From positions 5,332,001 through 5,396,000 of the forward strand of contig CM030332.1 in NCBI GenBank assembly GCA_017654855.1: a stretch of 64,000 nucleotides of DNA, read 5' to 3'. Below the pieces are notes generated by a model that saw only the letters and a program-made list of their open reading frames with translations, made no database searches and was not told the origin of the DNA. This stretch comes from Podospora anserina. Its lineage: Eukaryota. The translations under genes and the position numbers were made by a program. Shown piece by piece: positions 62,575 to 64,000 of this stretch. How positions within the stretch are numbered: position 1 is the first letter of the stretch; every line of letters begins with the position of its first letter.

Positions 62575-64000
62575 GAGAGTGAGGTAACGAACGGCTCAAG
62601 GATATGGCGATCAGCGATACGGTGCTTGAGGATGGGGGGATTTTTGGGTAGGATGAGAAGGGTTATCGTATAATGCAACAAGGGCCCCCTTATGTAGTTA
62701 CCTCTCGTGATGGGAGCAGGCAGCGTCCCGGTCGGCCTCCGAGGGCCCGTCCAAGGGCCCGTCGGGGAAGAAGACGATGAAGGGTATACATTTGCCTGGG
62801 GTCTGTTTGCTTGGGTTGGTTGTGGGTTTGGGGGACGGGATTATGGTAAACGAACAGCGGTGTTTTTGTACGATAGGAGCGGTCTTGTAAGTGTTTGTTT
62901 GTGACTTTTTTGTTGCTTTGTTGTTTGGTGTTTGTACCGTTTACTTGTGCGTGTGCTTTGGTGTGTTTTGTTGATGTTTTCTAGTTATGGTGCTGCCTCT
63001 TGTGCTGTCTTTGGTGTTGTCTTTTGTGTTGTCTTTGGTGTTGTCTTTCTGGTGTTTTCCTGTAGTGTTGCTCTCCTGTTGGGTCGTCTTGCCCGAGTGT
63101 GTTGTTTTAGGCTGTCATATTCATGGAGAACTTTTTTTTCTTTCTATTGTGGCATGCTCTCTGTCGCAATTTTGTTGAAAAATAAAACCAGGACCGGCGG
63201 CGGCACCGCAGATGTACCATACCCAAGTGCTGAAAATGCGTGGGGGATTGGGTGTGACCACCTGCAGGGAAATGGAAGAAGAAGAAATGGAGGAAGAGGA
63301 CGAGGAATCCGAGAGAGGCGGAGAAAATAGGGGGAGTAGTGGATGACGGGTCTACAAGGAAAATGAGAAGAAAGGGGGGTGGGTTGAGAAGGGGGTTGAG
63401 ATGGGGACAATGATATGGATCTGATTTGTGTTGATTTGGGTATTCTTGTGGGTGTGTCTTCTGGGTCTTTTGTTTTCTCGACTTTGGTTTGGTGATGGGT
63501 TTTGGCTATGGAAACACAAGCTACCTGGCGAGCGTTTGAAGGAGGAAACAAAAAAAAAAAGGAAAAGCATAGCCCATGGGGTTTAGGGGTTGTAGGTGTG
63601 ACGGATGGGAGGGAATTTGTCTTTACAGATGATACCCTCTCGTTTGAAGTCTGGCGTGATGCGTGTTTTTTTCATTCGTTTTTTCTTACCTGGGTTGACG
63701 GTTGTCCGGATGCTTGATTTGTGGATTCAATAGTTTTTGTTGGTGGTTTCTTTTCTGGGAACTGACGGTCGAGGGCTTTGGGTGCATCTTCAGGGGACAG
63801 CTAAGAGGAATTGCAAAAGAAACAGCGAAAAGAAACACGTAGTAATGAAAAGAAAAAAGTACAAGAATTACCAATCTTCAAGCAGTGTGATGCCGAGGAT
63901 GACCCCCCTTCCGTATCCATCCCCGCATAAGGGAGGGTTGCCTCTTGTGAGGACCGCAATCACAACTCAACCGAGGTATAATAACAATCCAAGGTACATC

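Overview
Fungal genomic DNA with short GT-AG introns and CTAAC branch points. Gene and repeat style suggest a Sordariales ascomycete, probably Podospora-like (inference). Most of the window is ordinary core genome: myosin II 3' end, tRNA-Asn, CFEM protein, 5S rRNA, HET pseudogene, cyclophilin, Sgf11, NAA50-like GNAT, glucokinase, PAN/apple protein, Hsp70-like, thaumatin, ankyrin, RPC11, MED31, signal peptide peptidase, PPTase, SGNH-CBM1 esterase, al-2, thioesterase and CRY-DASH. The standout is a second 5S rRNA gene on the minus strand that is split in two: 5' 60 nt at 51877-51936 and 3' 58 nt at 39417-39474. Between the halves lies a 12.4-kb insert (39475-51876) bounded by short asymmetric inverted repeats (GTA-N2/3-TGACCGC). 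The insert carries a decaying NLP/NPP1 gene, an apparently intact secreted repeat-peptide precursor (KEP/RiPP-like), an APH-type kinase pseudogene and nested Gypsy, LTR, LINE and pogo relics. I see no tyrosine-recombinase 'captain', so it looks like a derelict, 5S-targeted Starship-like cargo element. Exon boundaries were read by eye and are approximate.
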